DNA of 64,000 nt from positions 12,638,761 through 12,702,760 of the forward strand of contig NC_081355.1 of the NCBI RefSeq assembly GCF_030684315.1, in the 5' to 3' direction. Below the pieces are notes generated by a model. The model worked only from the letters and a program-made list of their open reading frames with translations. It had not been told where the DNA came from and ran no database searches. Source of the stretch: Stegostoma tigrinum (taxonomy: Eukaryota). This document shows positions 23,300-38,668 of this stretch, piece after piece (within the stretch, counting starts at the first letter, position 1; every line of letters begins with the position of its first letter). The position numbers and the translations under genes are program-made.

Positions 23300-26200
23300 C
23301 CCTTATGAATAGTGATTGTCTTTTGGAACTTGCCTGTTTGATGTTACTGCCTAAAAATGCTTTTTCTCAACAATGAAATGAACTGCCTGTATATTGAATA
23401 ACCACTGCACCATTATTGTAGAATGCTAACAATATTTTTATGCAGAAAACCTCTGCATTTTCTTTTTGCAAAGAAAAAGAAAGAAAGACTTGCGTCTATA
23501 CAGCGCTTTCACGACATCAGAACATCCGAAAGCGCTGTACAACCAATGAAGTAATGCTGATGGTTTGCGAGGGAAAAGCGAAGTAAAATGTTCCGGGACT
23601 GCCTGTACCCGGTAAATGAGATGATAATTCCAGTATTCTCCGGATATTATAAATGTTATTTCAATAGTATTTGATTTAACTGTTCTGTAATAATATTGCT
23701 ATTACATTTAATACATGTTCACAATTATATTCAAGTCTATGAGGCAACAGTGAAATCTTTTCACTGTTTAAGTATTATACCTCCATCTACAACCGATGCT
23801 CTATTAATATAAAAGCAAAATATACGGGTGCTGGGTATCTGAAATAAAAGCAGAGATTGGTGGAGAAACTCAGCAGGTTTGATTGCAAGTGTGGTGAGAA
23901 AAACAGAATTAATATTTTGGTCCATTATCAATCTACTTCCAAAGACAAGTCATATTGAACTCAAACCATAACTCGGTTCCTATCTCCACAGGAGCTGTCA
24001 GATCTACTGAGTTTCTCCACCCTTTTCTGTTTTTTTATTACCCGTGCTGTATTCTCTCAGTAACACTGCTGATAATGTGCTGTAGGAACAGGAGGTTTTC
24101 AGCTGCTCAGCCCTGTTCCACCATTCAATGAGCTTGTGATGATCTGTGACCTAACTCCACATAACTGCCTTTGGCCCGTATCTCTGGAATATCTTTGCTT
24201 AACAAAAATATATCCATCTCAGATTTAAAACTAACAACTGATCCTGCATCCTCTCCCCACTTATGAGAGAGAATTCTAACTGGGAGTTCAAAACTAGGGG
24301 GCATTTTTTTAAGGTGAGAGGAGAAAGATTTAAAAAGGATGCAGAGAATGGTTTGTGTGTTTAATGAACTGGTAGGTGCAGATACAGTTACAATATTTAA
24401 AAGACATTTGGATAAGATAATGAATGGGAAAGATTTGGAGGGATATGGGCCAAATACAGGCAGGTGGAACTAGTTTAGTTTGGAATTATGGTCAGTGTGG
24501 ACTGGTTGGACCGAAGGGTTTGGTCCCATGCTGTATAACTCTAGAAGTGCCCAACTAAAGGAAATACGTTATCTTTATCCAACCTGCCATTTCCTGTTTA
24601 TGCCTTGAAGACTTCACTCAGACCATCCATAATTCGAAATAAAACTTCCTAAATTCTAGAGAAGACAGCCTTAATTTAAACATTCTTTCCTCATAACTTA
24701 ACACCTGAAGTCCAAGCATCATTTTTGTAAACCTGCATTGTACTCCCTCCAAGGCTAAGATATCCTTCCCTAAGGTGTGGTGCCTAGATCTGCTCACAGA
24801 GCTCCATGTGGGATCTGACCAGGGTTTTGTATAACTGCAGCATAATGTTTGCATCCTTGTTCTCCAAACATCTCGATATAAAGCCCTGAGCTGATCAATT
24901 CTACCATGCAAGCAGCATATATGTTGGACTAGAAGTCATTTTTTGAAGTCTCAGAATATCTAACACTTCCTTTCCCTCCTGTGGGGAGTTGATTAATAAA
25001 CCCAGTATAAAAGTTAACCACCTGTGTGGGTGTAGGTGCTCACCATTTGGAAATGTCATGAACATTCACACCTCAAAACACAGCCTGTATCTCCTGCATA
25101 AACAGTTGTACCCAGGTGTGAGGTACCTGAAAGTAAAGCATGCATTTGTGGGGTGAAAATTTGGGGCTGTTTACTGATGCATGTTTTAGCATTATTGGAG
25201 TGGAGGGGTGAGATTTGAAACATGACTTTAAGGGTTGGAAAAATTGGGCCACTTTATATACAGTGTCACAAACTATGGTGTTTTTTTCAAAAAGAAAATT
25301 GTTACATAATACTCATCTGAAAATTTAAGAAGGCTTGTCCGTGAGGAGAGACTTCACCAGAGGTTTCTCCTTTGTGTTGTCAATCATTTTGGCACCTGAT
25401 TTTGGAAAAATAATTAAAGCTGATCTTAATTTTTGCTGCTGCTTTGTGACAATATCAACTTTTCAGGATGAACCTTACTTAATTCTGAAGGCTGCTCATT
25501 TCATAGAGGAACATGCACCCTCTTTTTGCTCAATAATCTGATTATAATGGTGGACATGAATATTAATAACAGCAGGAAGGAGCTCACTATCATGAGCTGT
25601 GTTGAGAGATGACAGTGTGGGTGGATTCTACGGGGTAATTAATTGTTGCTATGACAAAGTACAAGGTAAAAATAGCGGTGTTTTTGAATGGCATTGTTGA
25701 GTGGAATTGAGATGAATTGTCCTGTAAACCAGCAATAAATTTAATCTACTTGTCAGAAACTGTGCCCTTTTAACTGATAAATACTTGAAGATGTACAAAC
25801 TGAATTTTAGAGGTGGGGTTGAAGTAGTTTTCCAAGCATCTAGACTTGGGGTGCAGGGTTTAGAGATTTGGGAGTTACAGATGATCAAAGAAAGATGATG
25901 GAATACCCCTAATTAATTGTATATAGTTTAAGTTACTTAGTTAATAGTTTACATGGAATGTTCCAACCAAAATAGAAAAGAAACGCATACAACTCATGAC
26001 AGGTGAGTTACTGATTCCAGAGGACAGTCAGTTGGATGGTGCAGAGTGTTTTTGATCTCTGCACCTAGCAGAGGTAATGTTCTGCTCAGTGGCCTGTGTT
26101 GCTTGCATAAATAGTTATGTCCAGCTATTAAGTGTTAGGGAACTCCCCTTTTCTCCATCCTTGCCTGTCCTCCTCCATCTGAAGTTTGAGCAGCTGTCTG

Positions 26201-28333
26201 ATGAGGACTAACCCCTTAGTGTGCTTTATTCTAAAGCCTGGTTGTTTACCCTGCACCAATCACTTGTGGTGGGGGGGGGGCACTGTACCAATCAACAATT
26301 ACAGGATGCATACTCAAAATACTCAGGGTAGTCCTCTCACCACCTCTACCCACTGCCTGCATCACTTTGAGATGAGATTTGCCTTTTAGTTTAGCTTGCA
26401 CTGAGAGCTAAATGTTAGCCTTTACTAGACACTTGTACTAGGTCTTCTAATCCCTTATCAATTTAGGAATGTCAACATGGAATCCTCAGTCAGGAAACCT
26501 TGACATATCTAAGGGCTGTTTGACCAGGAGAGAAAGGAAACTATTTCTCTCCTGAGGCAGACTAATGCTCTGCTCACTAATTCCATAAGAATTCTACATT
26601 TATTCCACAAAGTATCATTTTTTTAAAGCTGTCATTTCTTACTGGGAGGACCAGCACAATGGCTAAAGTTCCTCTCAGGCTGGCTCTCTGATGTGTCCCT
26701 CTGGGTTCAGAATGCAGCCAGCAATCCACCCATCAGAAACAGGGGGCCACTTTGGATAATTACGGAAGCCATCAGTGGGATCCTTTTGCAGTATTTTGTG
26801 CTGCACACGACCTTCGCAGTGTCAGGAGGTGAGAAAGTACTCAGGGCACCATGTGATTCAAGTGTAGCAATCGTTTCGAAGAAGACGATTGGCAGTGCTC
26901 AGGATGTCAGTGGGCGGATTGTTGCAATAGTTTTTTACCTTCTGGGCGTGAGCGAATTGGTTTGCCAGTGCCAGTCAGCCATGCAGCACCTCCGTCATGT
27001 GCCTGCCTTCTCTTCCCACATTCATCTCAGCAGCACATGGCATTCTCAGTGGGTGTACCCACTGCTGTTCAACTTGAGCACTCAGCATGGCACCCCCACA
27101 TCCTCAGTCCTGCCACTGTCCCTAGCTGTTCAAAGCATCCAAAGACGACTCTTAATACCTGTCTTCTGGGAAGATAAAGCCCAGTGTCCCATTCTGCAAA
27201 CATCTGCTTAGCAGGTCATAAGTTCAGCCGTCACCCATTCTGCAGTCTGTCTGTCCTCCATTTTTTCAGCATTAATCCAAAGGGAAATCTGATCGGTTGT
27301 TTAGCAAGTGGCTGATCCAACTGCTTGGTTCCACATCAGCGCCATGATCCTCTGTATACTTTGATGCACTTTGTAAAAGTAGAGTGTTAAACAACCCATC
27401 ACCATGCATGATCGTTTTCTATATGGCCAGATAGAGATAAAGGATAAAGGACCAGATTTGAATCAAGAAAGCTTGAGGTTGATTTAATGTTTAGGAATCG
27501 AACGTGAATACCTGTAGGTACCTTTGAGTATTCATTTAGAACTTTGCTCTGGGAACTAAAAATTTGATAAAAGGACTGATGAGGCTAATTGATTCATCAT
27601 AGCAGTTCCATCTTAGCACAATGTGACTAATATGCACTGACAACTGCTTATAGGTCATGCAATCTGCCAGGAAAGGTAACTCCCTGCTGTGACCTTGAGA
27701 TTGAATAGATTCAGAAATCTTAATTAGGGACAACATGATACATGGACAGAAAGAAAATCACAGTGTGAGGCCATTCAGCCCATTATGTCTGCACTGGCTG
27801 TCCCAGCATTTAAACTTATTGTCAATCTCCCACCTTTTCCCTATAGCCCTGTAAATTGTTTCCATCACCCAGTCATCCCTCTTGAATGCTTCAACTGATC
27901 CAGCGACTACCACACTTACAGCCTGTCCAGTCCCTGCTCTATCTACATCTTGTGTGAGATGTTTGCTTCCCTTTTCACAAAACATTTAAAAACTTTGCCC
28001 TCTATTTCTCAATCCATTTACAAGTGGAAACAGTTTCTTCCTATCCGCTCTGTACAGATCTCTCATGTTTTTGGCGACTTCTTTCAAATCTACTTTTTTC
28101 CTTCTCCTCTCCAAGGAAAGCAATGCTGACTTCTCCAATCTACCATTGTAACCAAGGAAATTCGTTGCTGGAACTATTCTTGTAAACTTCTATTCTGCGC
28201 TCTCCAATGCATTCATGTCCTTCCAACGGTGTGGTACTGAAAACTGTACACAGTACTCCACAGTCATAGACCTGTACAGTATGGAAACACACCATTCAGT
28301 CCATCTCATCCATGCTGACCAGATATTCTAAAT

Positions 28334-28785
28334 CTCCCCTTCCCCAACTGCATCCCTAAACCAGCCCAGTTTGTCCCCTCCCCCCACTGCACCACACAAC
28401 CAGCCCAGCTCCTCCACTCCACCCACTGCATCCCAAAACCAGTCCAACCTGTCTCCGCCTCCCTAACCTGTTCTTCCTCCCACCCATCCCTTCCTCCCAC
28501 CCCAAGCCGCACCCCCATCTACCTACTAACCTCATCCCACCTCCTTGACCTGTCCGTCTTCCCTGGACTGACCTATCCCCTCCCTACCTCCCCACCTATA
28601 CTCTCTCCACCTATCTTCTTTTCTCTCCATCTTCGGTCCGCCTCCCCCTCTCTCCCTATTTATTCCAGAACCCTCACCCCATCCCCCTCTCTGATGAAGG
28701 GTCTAGGCCCGAAACGTCAGCTTTTGTGCTCCTGAGATGCTGCTTGGCCTGCTGTGTTCATCCAGCCTCACATTTTGTTGTCTTG
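28334..28785 (+). mobile_element. Penelope-like element 3' end with pyrimidine-rich tract, short tandem units and intact hammerhead core
   Basis: Same family as 7310-7680 and 30075-30560. Flanking TATTCTAAAT at 28324-28333 and 28786-28795. Confidence 0.75.
28691..28718 (+). ncRNA. Minimal type I hammerhead ribozyme core (family A, intact), sense to tubulin intron 2
   Basis: CTGATGA-A-GGGTCTAGGCCC-GAAA-CGTC. Confidence 0.65.
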
Positions 28786-30074
28786 TATTCTAAATTAATC
28801 TGGTTTCATTTGCCAGCATATCCCTCTAAATCCTTCGTGATAATATACCCATCCAGACTTCTTTTAAACGTTGTAACTATACCAGTCTCCACCACTTCCA
28901 GTGGCACCTCATTCCATACACGCCCCACTCTTTGTGTGAAAAAGTCGCCCCTCATCTCCCTTTTAAATCTTTCCCTTCTCACCTTAAACCTATGCTGTCT
29001 AGTTTTGGACTCTCCTACTTGGGAAAAAGACCTTGGCTATTCACCCTATCCATACCCCTCATGCTTTTCTAAACCTTCCAAGGGTCACCCATCAGCCTCC
29101 GATGCTCCATGGAAAATAGCCCCAGCCTATTCAGCTTCTCCCTATAGTTCAAATCCTCCAACCCTGGCAACATTCCTGTAAATCTTTTCTGTACCTTTTC
29201 AAGGTACATAACATCCTGCCCATAGAAGGGAGACCAGAACTGAACGGAGTATTCCAAAAGTGGCCTAACCAATGTCCTATACAGCCATAATGTGACCTCC
29301 CGACTCTAATATTCAAAGCACCGACCAATAAATTCAAGCATGCTAAATGCCTTTTTCACTATCCTGTCTATCTGGGACTCCACTTTCAAAGAGCTACAAA
29401 TCTGCACTCCAAGGTCTCTTTATTCAGCAGCACTCCCCAGGACCTAATCATAAACTGTATGAGTCCTGCCTGATTTGCCTTTCCAAAAAAACAGCACCTC
29501 ACATTTTTTCCAGCTGAGCTCTATTTAGAGCTTTGTATAAGTTTATTGTAACCCCCCTACTCTTGTACTCTATACTCCTATTCATGAAGCCTGGAATATG
29601 GTGTTCTTTATTAACAGCTTTCTCTATCTATCCTGCATTGAGGAGGTGATGAACTGATGATCGTATTGCTGGACTGTTAATCCAGGGACCCAAATATGTT
29701 CTGAGGATTTGAGTTTGAATCCCACCACGGCAGATGGTGGAATATGAATTTAATTTTAAAAATCTGGAATTAAGAGTCTAATGATGACCATGAAACCACT
29801 GTTGATTGTCAATAAATCCATCCCGTTCACTAATACCCTTTAGGGAAGGAAACCACCATCGTCACCTGGTCTGGCCTACATGTGACTCCAGACCCACAGC
29901 AATGTGATTGACTCTTAACTGCCCTCTGGGCATTTAGGGATGGACAATAAATGCTGGTGTAGCCAGCGATGCCCTTACCTCGTGAATGAATAATGAAAAC
30001 AAAACCTTTACTGACTTATATATACTCCTATATATTCTCAGGTGTCTCTGTTCACGCACACCTTTTAGAGTTAT

Positions 30075-30560
30075 GAGGTGTAGAGCTGGATGAACACAGC
30101 AGGCCATGCAGCATCTTAGGAGCAGGAAAGCTGATGTTTCGGGCCCAGACCCTTCAGCAGAAATGGGGTAGGGGCAGAGGGTTCTGAAATAAATACGGAG
30201 ACAGGGGAGGTGGATCGAAGATGGATAGAGGAGAAGATAGGTGGAGAGGAGACAGACAGGTCAAAGATGCAGGGATGGAGCTAGTAAAGGTGAGTGTAGG
30301 TGGGGAGGTAGGGAGGAGATAGGTCAGTCCAGGGAGGACGGACAGGTCAAGGGGGCAGGACGAGATTAGTAGGTAGGAAATGGGGGTGCGGCTTGAGGTG
30401 GGAGGAGGGGATAGGTGAAAGGAAGAACAGGTTAGGGAGGCGGGGACTAGTTGGGCTGGTTTTGGGATGCGGTGGGGGGAGGGGAGATTTTGAACCTTGT
30501 GAAGTCCACATTGATACCATTGGGCTGCAGGATTCCCAAGTGGAATATGAGTTGCTGTTC
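30075..30560 (-). mobile_element. Penelope-like element 3' fragment
   Basis: Reverse complement of the 7230-7680 and 28334-28785 sequence, including the terminal repeat. Confidence 0.75.
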
Positions 30561-33500
30561 CTAGCCACTCAAGTTTGATCGAGAATGGCATTTTAAAAAA
30601 AATTTAATGCTTAATCATTTTACTTATTGCAGTAGAGGTATGAGTTGTTTTTATATTGGGTAACATTGGTTTGTTGGGTTGAAACCTTGTATACTTTATG
30701 CTGGGGCTTTAAAATCCAGTTAATATTGGAGAAGATGTACATTAAAACAGTGAGATTACAGAATATATGTATAGTTTTTCAATCGCAGTGAAAAAATTAA
30801 ACATCTTTTCAAAATGAGCAAATTTTAATGGTGAGTCATCAATGCCTTTGTTACGTGGAGATGAGATTATTATGCTAAAATAACCTGAGAATATATGGAA
30901 CTATATAAAATATGTATATATTATTTATTTACACACACACACACACGTCATTAAAGATGACACCATAGGTAGAGAGAGCTGTTAATAAAGCATACAGTAC
31001 TCTAGGCTTCATGAATGGGACCATAGAGTACAAGAGCAGGGGGATCACAGCAAACTCATATAAAGCTCTGGTTAGATCTCAGCTGGTGTACTGCATACAG
31101 CTCTGGGTGCCACATCATTGAAAGAATTTGAATAACCATTCTGAAGAAGGGTCACTGGACCCAAAATGTTAAATCTGTTTTCTCTTCACAGAAGCTGCCA
31201 GACCTGCTTGCCTTTTAGAGCAATTTCTGCTTTTGTTTCTGACTTCCAGCATCTGCTGTACTTTTGTTTTTTTATTATTCCAGTGCTCTCCAGGCCACCG
31301 TCTAAAAGCTTAAACACATTCAGTCCTCTGCAGCGCTATTCCATCTCGCACTAAATCCTATTTGACCATCACGCCCATTCTTGCAGATTTACCTGGTCCA
31401 GTGACACTCAGATTTTATAAACTCTCCTCGTTGTTTTCAAATCTTCCATGGCCTCACATTTCCTTATCTCTGTAATCTCCTGCAGCCCTACAGTTCTCTG
31501 AGATCGCTGCTACTCCAAGTCTGGTCTGTTTGGTATCCACAATTTCTAGTGCATCCTCATTGGTGGCCCTGCCTTCAGCAACTCAGGCTCTATGCTCTGA
31601 TATTCTCTCCCTAAACCTCTCCTCCTTAAAGACACTCTTTGGAATCAGTGGCTCTAACCAAGTTGGTCACCTATCCAATTGCTACCATATTGCCTCACAA
31701 ATAGATTGGGAACGTTGTGGAGGGCTAGGGGCCAGGAGCAGCCAGGTGGGACTAGTTTAGTTTGGAATCCGTGCTGCATGACTCAATGACTGTAAATCTG
31801 AAGCAGATTTGGCTTATACCACCAATCAGTAAGATCACAGCTAATCTGATTTTAACCTCAACTCCAGATTCTGCCCTACCCTCAAAAATTTTTCACTCTT
31901 GCTTTTTCAAGAATCTATCTACCTGTACCTTAAATAATATTCAAGCATTCTACTTCCGTCACCCATTGAGGAATGAACTTCCAATACTGTCAACATTTTG
32001 ATACAGAAAGGTCTCTTTTTCTCTGTCTTCAATGGGCAGCTCGTCATTTACAAACTCTGACCCCCCAGTTCTAGAATCTCCCAGCAGAGGAAACATCCTT
32101 TCCACAACCGCCCTGTCAGTTTCAAACAAATCTCCTCTTACCCTTCTAAACTCCAGCAGATATGAGTCTACCATGTCCAACATTTCCTCATAAGTCAACT
32201 CCCAAATCCAGCTATTAGTTAAGTAGACTTTCTTTGAAGCACTCCAATACAGTTACATCCTTAAAAAGGCAGATTAATTTGTACAACACTATAAATATGA
32301 CCTCACCGGTGGTCTGGGTAAACTGAAGCAGGTGGCTAATTGTCAAACCTTGTTTGATGATGCTGTTGTAAATGGCTTTCTACAATTAGGTAACTGTGTA
32401 AATGCACATTGTTGTTGTGTGAAGATTTATCACAGTCTCCTTCGGTCAAAGAGTATTTTGTTTTCACTCCTTTTGTTGCCTGTCACTGGAACATTTCGAC
32501 CGGCAGGAAAAAGGTAGAACAAAATTCCTCTCTAATGGAGACATAAAGTAACCAGTGAGAAATCAATGATTTGTTTCACACCTCCTGCCTGATTTCCTCC
32601 CCATCTACATCAGTGCACTGGATTGTCAGGAAGGTAGATACCACAACTTTTAACTAGCAATTTGGTGCTCCTGCCAAAGTTGTATGTTTCCCTTCAAAAA
32701 CATGAGTGCTTTCAGTGCTGGAATACATGGTGGATCTTCATTGTATTTTGTTGGTAAATGTTGAATTAACTCTGTTAAGATGTGTTGTGACTAAAATTAT
32801 TATGTAATTTGTCTTTCTGGGGATGCCTTTTCAAGTAGAATTGCTTTACTTTCATTTTGCTTGGTTCTGATTTTCTGATGGGCACCAAACTCTTAGAAAC
32901 CAATTGCTTTGGAAAATGGCCTTGCCCAAGTTGGAATGAGCCTAGTTTATGTAAGTTTTTGTCAGATTCTCGCTGTAGACAAGTCTCCACTATGTTTTAA
33001 GACTGTATTCATTGCAGAATACTTCCAAACTAGATATAATCCTGAAATATCACACCTATACATAATTTTTTAGTCAACTTGCATGTGGGGCAATGAAATG
33101 GAGGAAGAAAACCATTAGATTCAGAGGTATGATACTGTACAGACATAATTACTGCATTTTGATATTGTATATCCGGTTTTAAAGAGATGATCGGTATTTT
33201 AAAGAGAATTTTAGTTCTTTTTTAAATAAAACACTTTTAACTTAATAAATTGCAGAAATAGTTTAAAATGGCATAGCATTCGTTTGCAACCTTCATTAAA
33301 GTTCTAAACCTTCACTATTTCCTGAGTATAAGAGGAATTTTACTAACAAATTACTAATGGGAGAGCAGGCATTGATTTTGATCAAAGGGAATAGGAGCAG
33401 GAGTAGGCCATTCAGCCCTTCAAGCCTGCTCCTCCATTATATATGATCATGGGCTGATCATCCAACTCCATTCGCTGTTTCTGTTTTCCCTCCATACCCA

Positions 33501-34946
33501 GTGACCTCTTCAGCCCAAAGAACAATATCTAACTCCTTTTGAAAACATTTAATGTTTTGGGACCAAAGACATTCTGTGGCAGAGGATTCCACAGGCTCAC
33601 CATTTTCTGGTTGATGAAATTTCTCCTAATCTCCAGTCAGGACTTACCTTAGATAGTGACCCATGGTTCTGGTTTCCCAGTCATCAGGAATGCCCTTCCT
33701 GCATTTACCATGTGTAGTCCTTTCGGAGTTCTGTAGGTTACTATGAAATCACCCCTCATTCTTCCAAACTCTAGTGAATAAATCATAACCGATCCAGTGT
33801 CTCTTTATACATCATTCCTGTCATCTTAGTAACCAGTCTGGTAAATCTTTGTTGAACTTCCTCCATAGCCAGAACAATCTACCTCCTTTGATGGGCAGAA
33901 TGGCCTAGATTATCTCTGATATTAGCACGAAGAGTTTTATCCCCTCACCATTACAAACATGGAGCTCTGAAGAAAAACAGAAAACAGTTTAAACTATTTT
34001 TCCTTTTGGGATGACCGCAGAATTAAAGTATTGCTTTCTGAAAATAGATATTTCCCGTTTGTTCAAATTGTGTGTGTAAGAAGTCTTTCGATTATTGCTG
34101 TGATGTCACTTGGAGGCGAAAACTTTCTAAATAATTCAGTTAAAGAGAGCTTATGTCATGGTTTCACTATTATGAATATGGTCATCTTTCTAAGGGCACG
34201 CAGACTTTCTTCATGAATTTGGAAGCCACTGCGCATGAATTGATTAGATGCCAAAGCAGTTTGAATTGACTGAAATCCCAATTGTTTCTGTATGAAAGCT
34301 ATGCAAATTATTTTTAAACCTTCGCAATTTTTCTGAGTTCTGATTTATTCCAGGCAGTTCTTATTGATCTATTTGTTCCTGTTACAGGGAAGTAGGGTCA
34401 TAGATTTTATTAGTCCAGCTCTACCTCAGGATTACTGCATTTGAGAGGGCTCTACTGAAATAATTGCTTGATAGTACAGAAATTAAACATTGATTAAAGG
34501 AGACATGAAGTTGAAGCTATTTCTCTTGCACTTGTTAGTACTGTCATGCAAGGAAACTGAAGAAACCAGTAAATTGTACAAATGAGAAGAGAGCGCTGAT
34601 TAATTTAACCACTGCCAAAACAATTAGCACTAACCAATCAGCGTACTCTTCTCATGATATATACACTGCTAATGTTTTCTAAAAGTTTAACTTTTTTGTG
34701 TTTCAGCTCTGATGAATACAAGGTGGAAAGCTTTAACCTCATGTCTCCTTGTTGAAACTAAAATTTTTAAAGAAAAGATTCCACAGTGTAAAGAGACTTA
34801 ACAACTGCTGCTCTTTATTTAATGAAAGCAACTTATTTTGTCCTGTTGCCCACCCACTATTCTTGCTCACTGTTGGACGGTTGAATAGAGTGCAATGACA
34901 TCATTTGCCGCAGATGGCTTGTGGCTTGGCCTGTGCTATGCTGTAA

Positions 34947-35135
<189 letters not shown>

Positions 35136-36533
35136 TAGCTAAAGTACTTTTAATAATTCTCTATCCCACAAGGTGGCAAATGCTTGGTCAGAGCGTGAAC
35201 AAGGCTGAAATTAATATTCTTTTGTATGCGAAAGGAAGCAAGGGATCAATTTTAACAAAGAGACCTTTGTTGCTTAAACCAGACTAAAAATGAGAAAAAA
35301 GTAAACTTTAAACAATGCTTTAGGTGACATGCCTCACACCCCAAATTTTGACTGAATCACTTTTGTTCTTTCTTCTCTTCTTCCTGCTGGACCTCCTGTT
35401 TTTTTTCTCATCCTCCTCATTCTCTTGCTTCCCCCGCTCCCAGCCCCATTTCCTCATTTTTATTTGGGCTGCCAAAATACTGGTTGCTGCATTCAAAGTG
35501 GAATTAAAATTCTTGTTGGAAAATATTACTCACTCAGCTGAGGGAGCAATTCATTTGGGTTAGTTTCACCATGTGAAATCTTTTTTCAGTCCAGACTGGG
35601 TAAAAATGTCCCTCTCCTCCCTCACTGGTGTCAAGGATTTATTTTGTTTAGGTCATCTTGACTTTTCTTGGTCAATTCAATGAAGTGTTATTGATGGCTG
35701 ATGTAGTAAATGGAAAGTCTAACACTCAGTGTGAGAATGAATTACCCTGATAAAACTTGGGTTAAGGCATGAACCTTCTCACTGGAAATTCAGTGATTTT
35801 AATGTCCACATTTTGGTCCTGGCACCAGGTACTTTCAGAAGTCTGCAGTACATGGGAAGAGTTTGACACTGTAAACTCGGTGTCTGCTATTTTGATGTAG
35901 ATGACAAAGAGGCTTCTGTGGCCCAGAAGATCACAGGAGATTGGAGCAGGGTTAGGTCATGACAGATTGTCACACTCTCTCTCCTGCACAATTCTCATAT
36001 CCCTTGCTTCCTTTCGAATACAATCTATTAATCTCAGCAATGCCCACGCTCTGATCAAGCATTTGCCACCTGCTGGGATACAGAATTCCCACGATTTCCA
36101 CTAAGTCACTCACCAACTCGAGTTGGAACTATATCACTGTTCATTCATCATTACTGGGCCAGAATCCTGGAGCTCTGTTCCTAACAGCACCATGGCAGTG
36201 GGCAGTGATGTCACCCACTGGAAGTATTTTCTGGGCCCTAGCTACCTTTAGTGATGTTAAAAATGGATATGGTTGGTTGGGGATTAGGTGATAGTCAGTA
36301 GTGGGTTTCCTTACTGAAGTTTGCCCTGATACAATGGGGCTTCATGTTGCTCCTAGGTCCTCACCGCACCTTCCCCTGGTAGATCTGCCTCGTCTGTGCA
36401 ACAGGACGTACGAAGCAATTGCTGTGTTGTGTGGAATATTGGCTAAAACCTACAGTTCTGTACTTATGACTAATCCATCAGCGTATTCTCTGCCAGATCC
36501 TTGAGTGGGGTGGGATCTTGGACCTTGATATAA

Positions 36534-37880
<1,347 letters not shown>

Positions 37881-38668
37881 CCTCCCTGACTGCCCTCCCC
37901 GCCATCCTCCTCCTTCAGAGCCGGCAGTGTTGTAGTTTTATTCTTCCTTTGACCTCCTTACAAAACAAATTTGTGGGTTTTAAACTCGTAAGTCTTGTCC
38001 CTGTCCAACGTAGCATTTTAAGTGTCAAGTGACGCTGTGGAAACCATGACTAAATAGCGACCCATGCACTCCGTTTCCGTTTTCCTAACCGCCGAAATGA
38101 TTTTGAAGGCGTCTTGTGTCGAGTAAAGTTCGCGTTTAATGTTCTCGTCACCTGAAGTGAGTGAAATTTCAAACTGCTGCCTGTTGGTTGAAGTATCTCA
38201 GCTGATAAAATTTACAACACTCAACACGGCTCAGAAATTTGAAACTGTGCGGATGCTCCGAAATCTGAAACAGAAACTGGAGCTGGATGAACACAGCAGG
38301 CCAAGCAGCACCTTAGGAGCACAAAGGCCGAGACTAAGATGCTGCTTGGCCTGCTGTGTTCATCCAGCTCCACACTTTGTTATCTCGGATTCTGCAGCAT
38401 CTGCAGTTCCCATTATCCAGCATCTGTGGAGAGAGAGAAAAGCAGAGTTAACATTCTGAGCCTATTGACCCTTCTTCAGGATTGAAGAGGCTAACCTCTG
38501 CTTTCTTTTCACAGGTGCTGCCAGGCCTGCTGCGTTTCTCCAGGAATTTTTGTTCTTGTTCCCATAATTTGAACTTTGTTCGTTTCAGTGTTGAACATTT
38601 GATTGTTTGTTTGTGACGGTGCCTCTTAAGGGGCTGACACTCCTTTTTAAATCTTTCTTCATTTGATT

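Larger units (their letters stand above)
28262..29510 (-). mobile_element. CR1-like LINE 3' fragment interrupted by a PLE insertion (28334-28785)
   Basis: MVRPLLEYSVQFWSPFYGQDVMYLEKVQKRFTGMLPGLEDLNYREKLNRLGLFS on the - strand. Confidence 0.75.

Noticed and set aside
26693-27211. 172-aa ORF in tubulin intron 2
   Set aside because: Non-ATG start and no recognisable motifs or splice context. Probably chance or unrecognised repeat debris.
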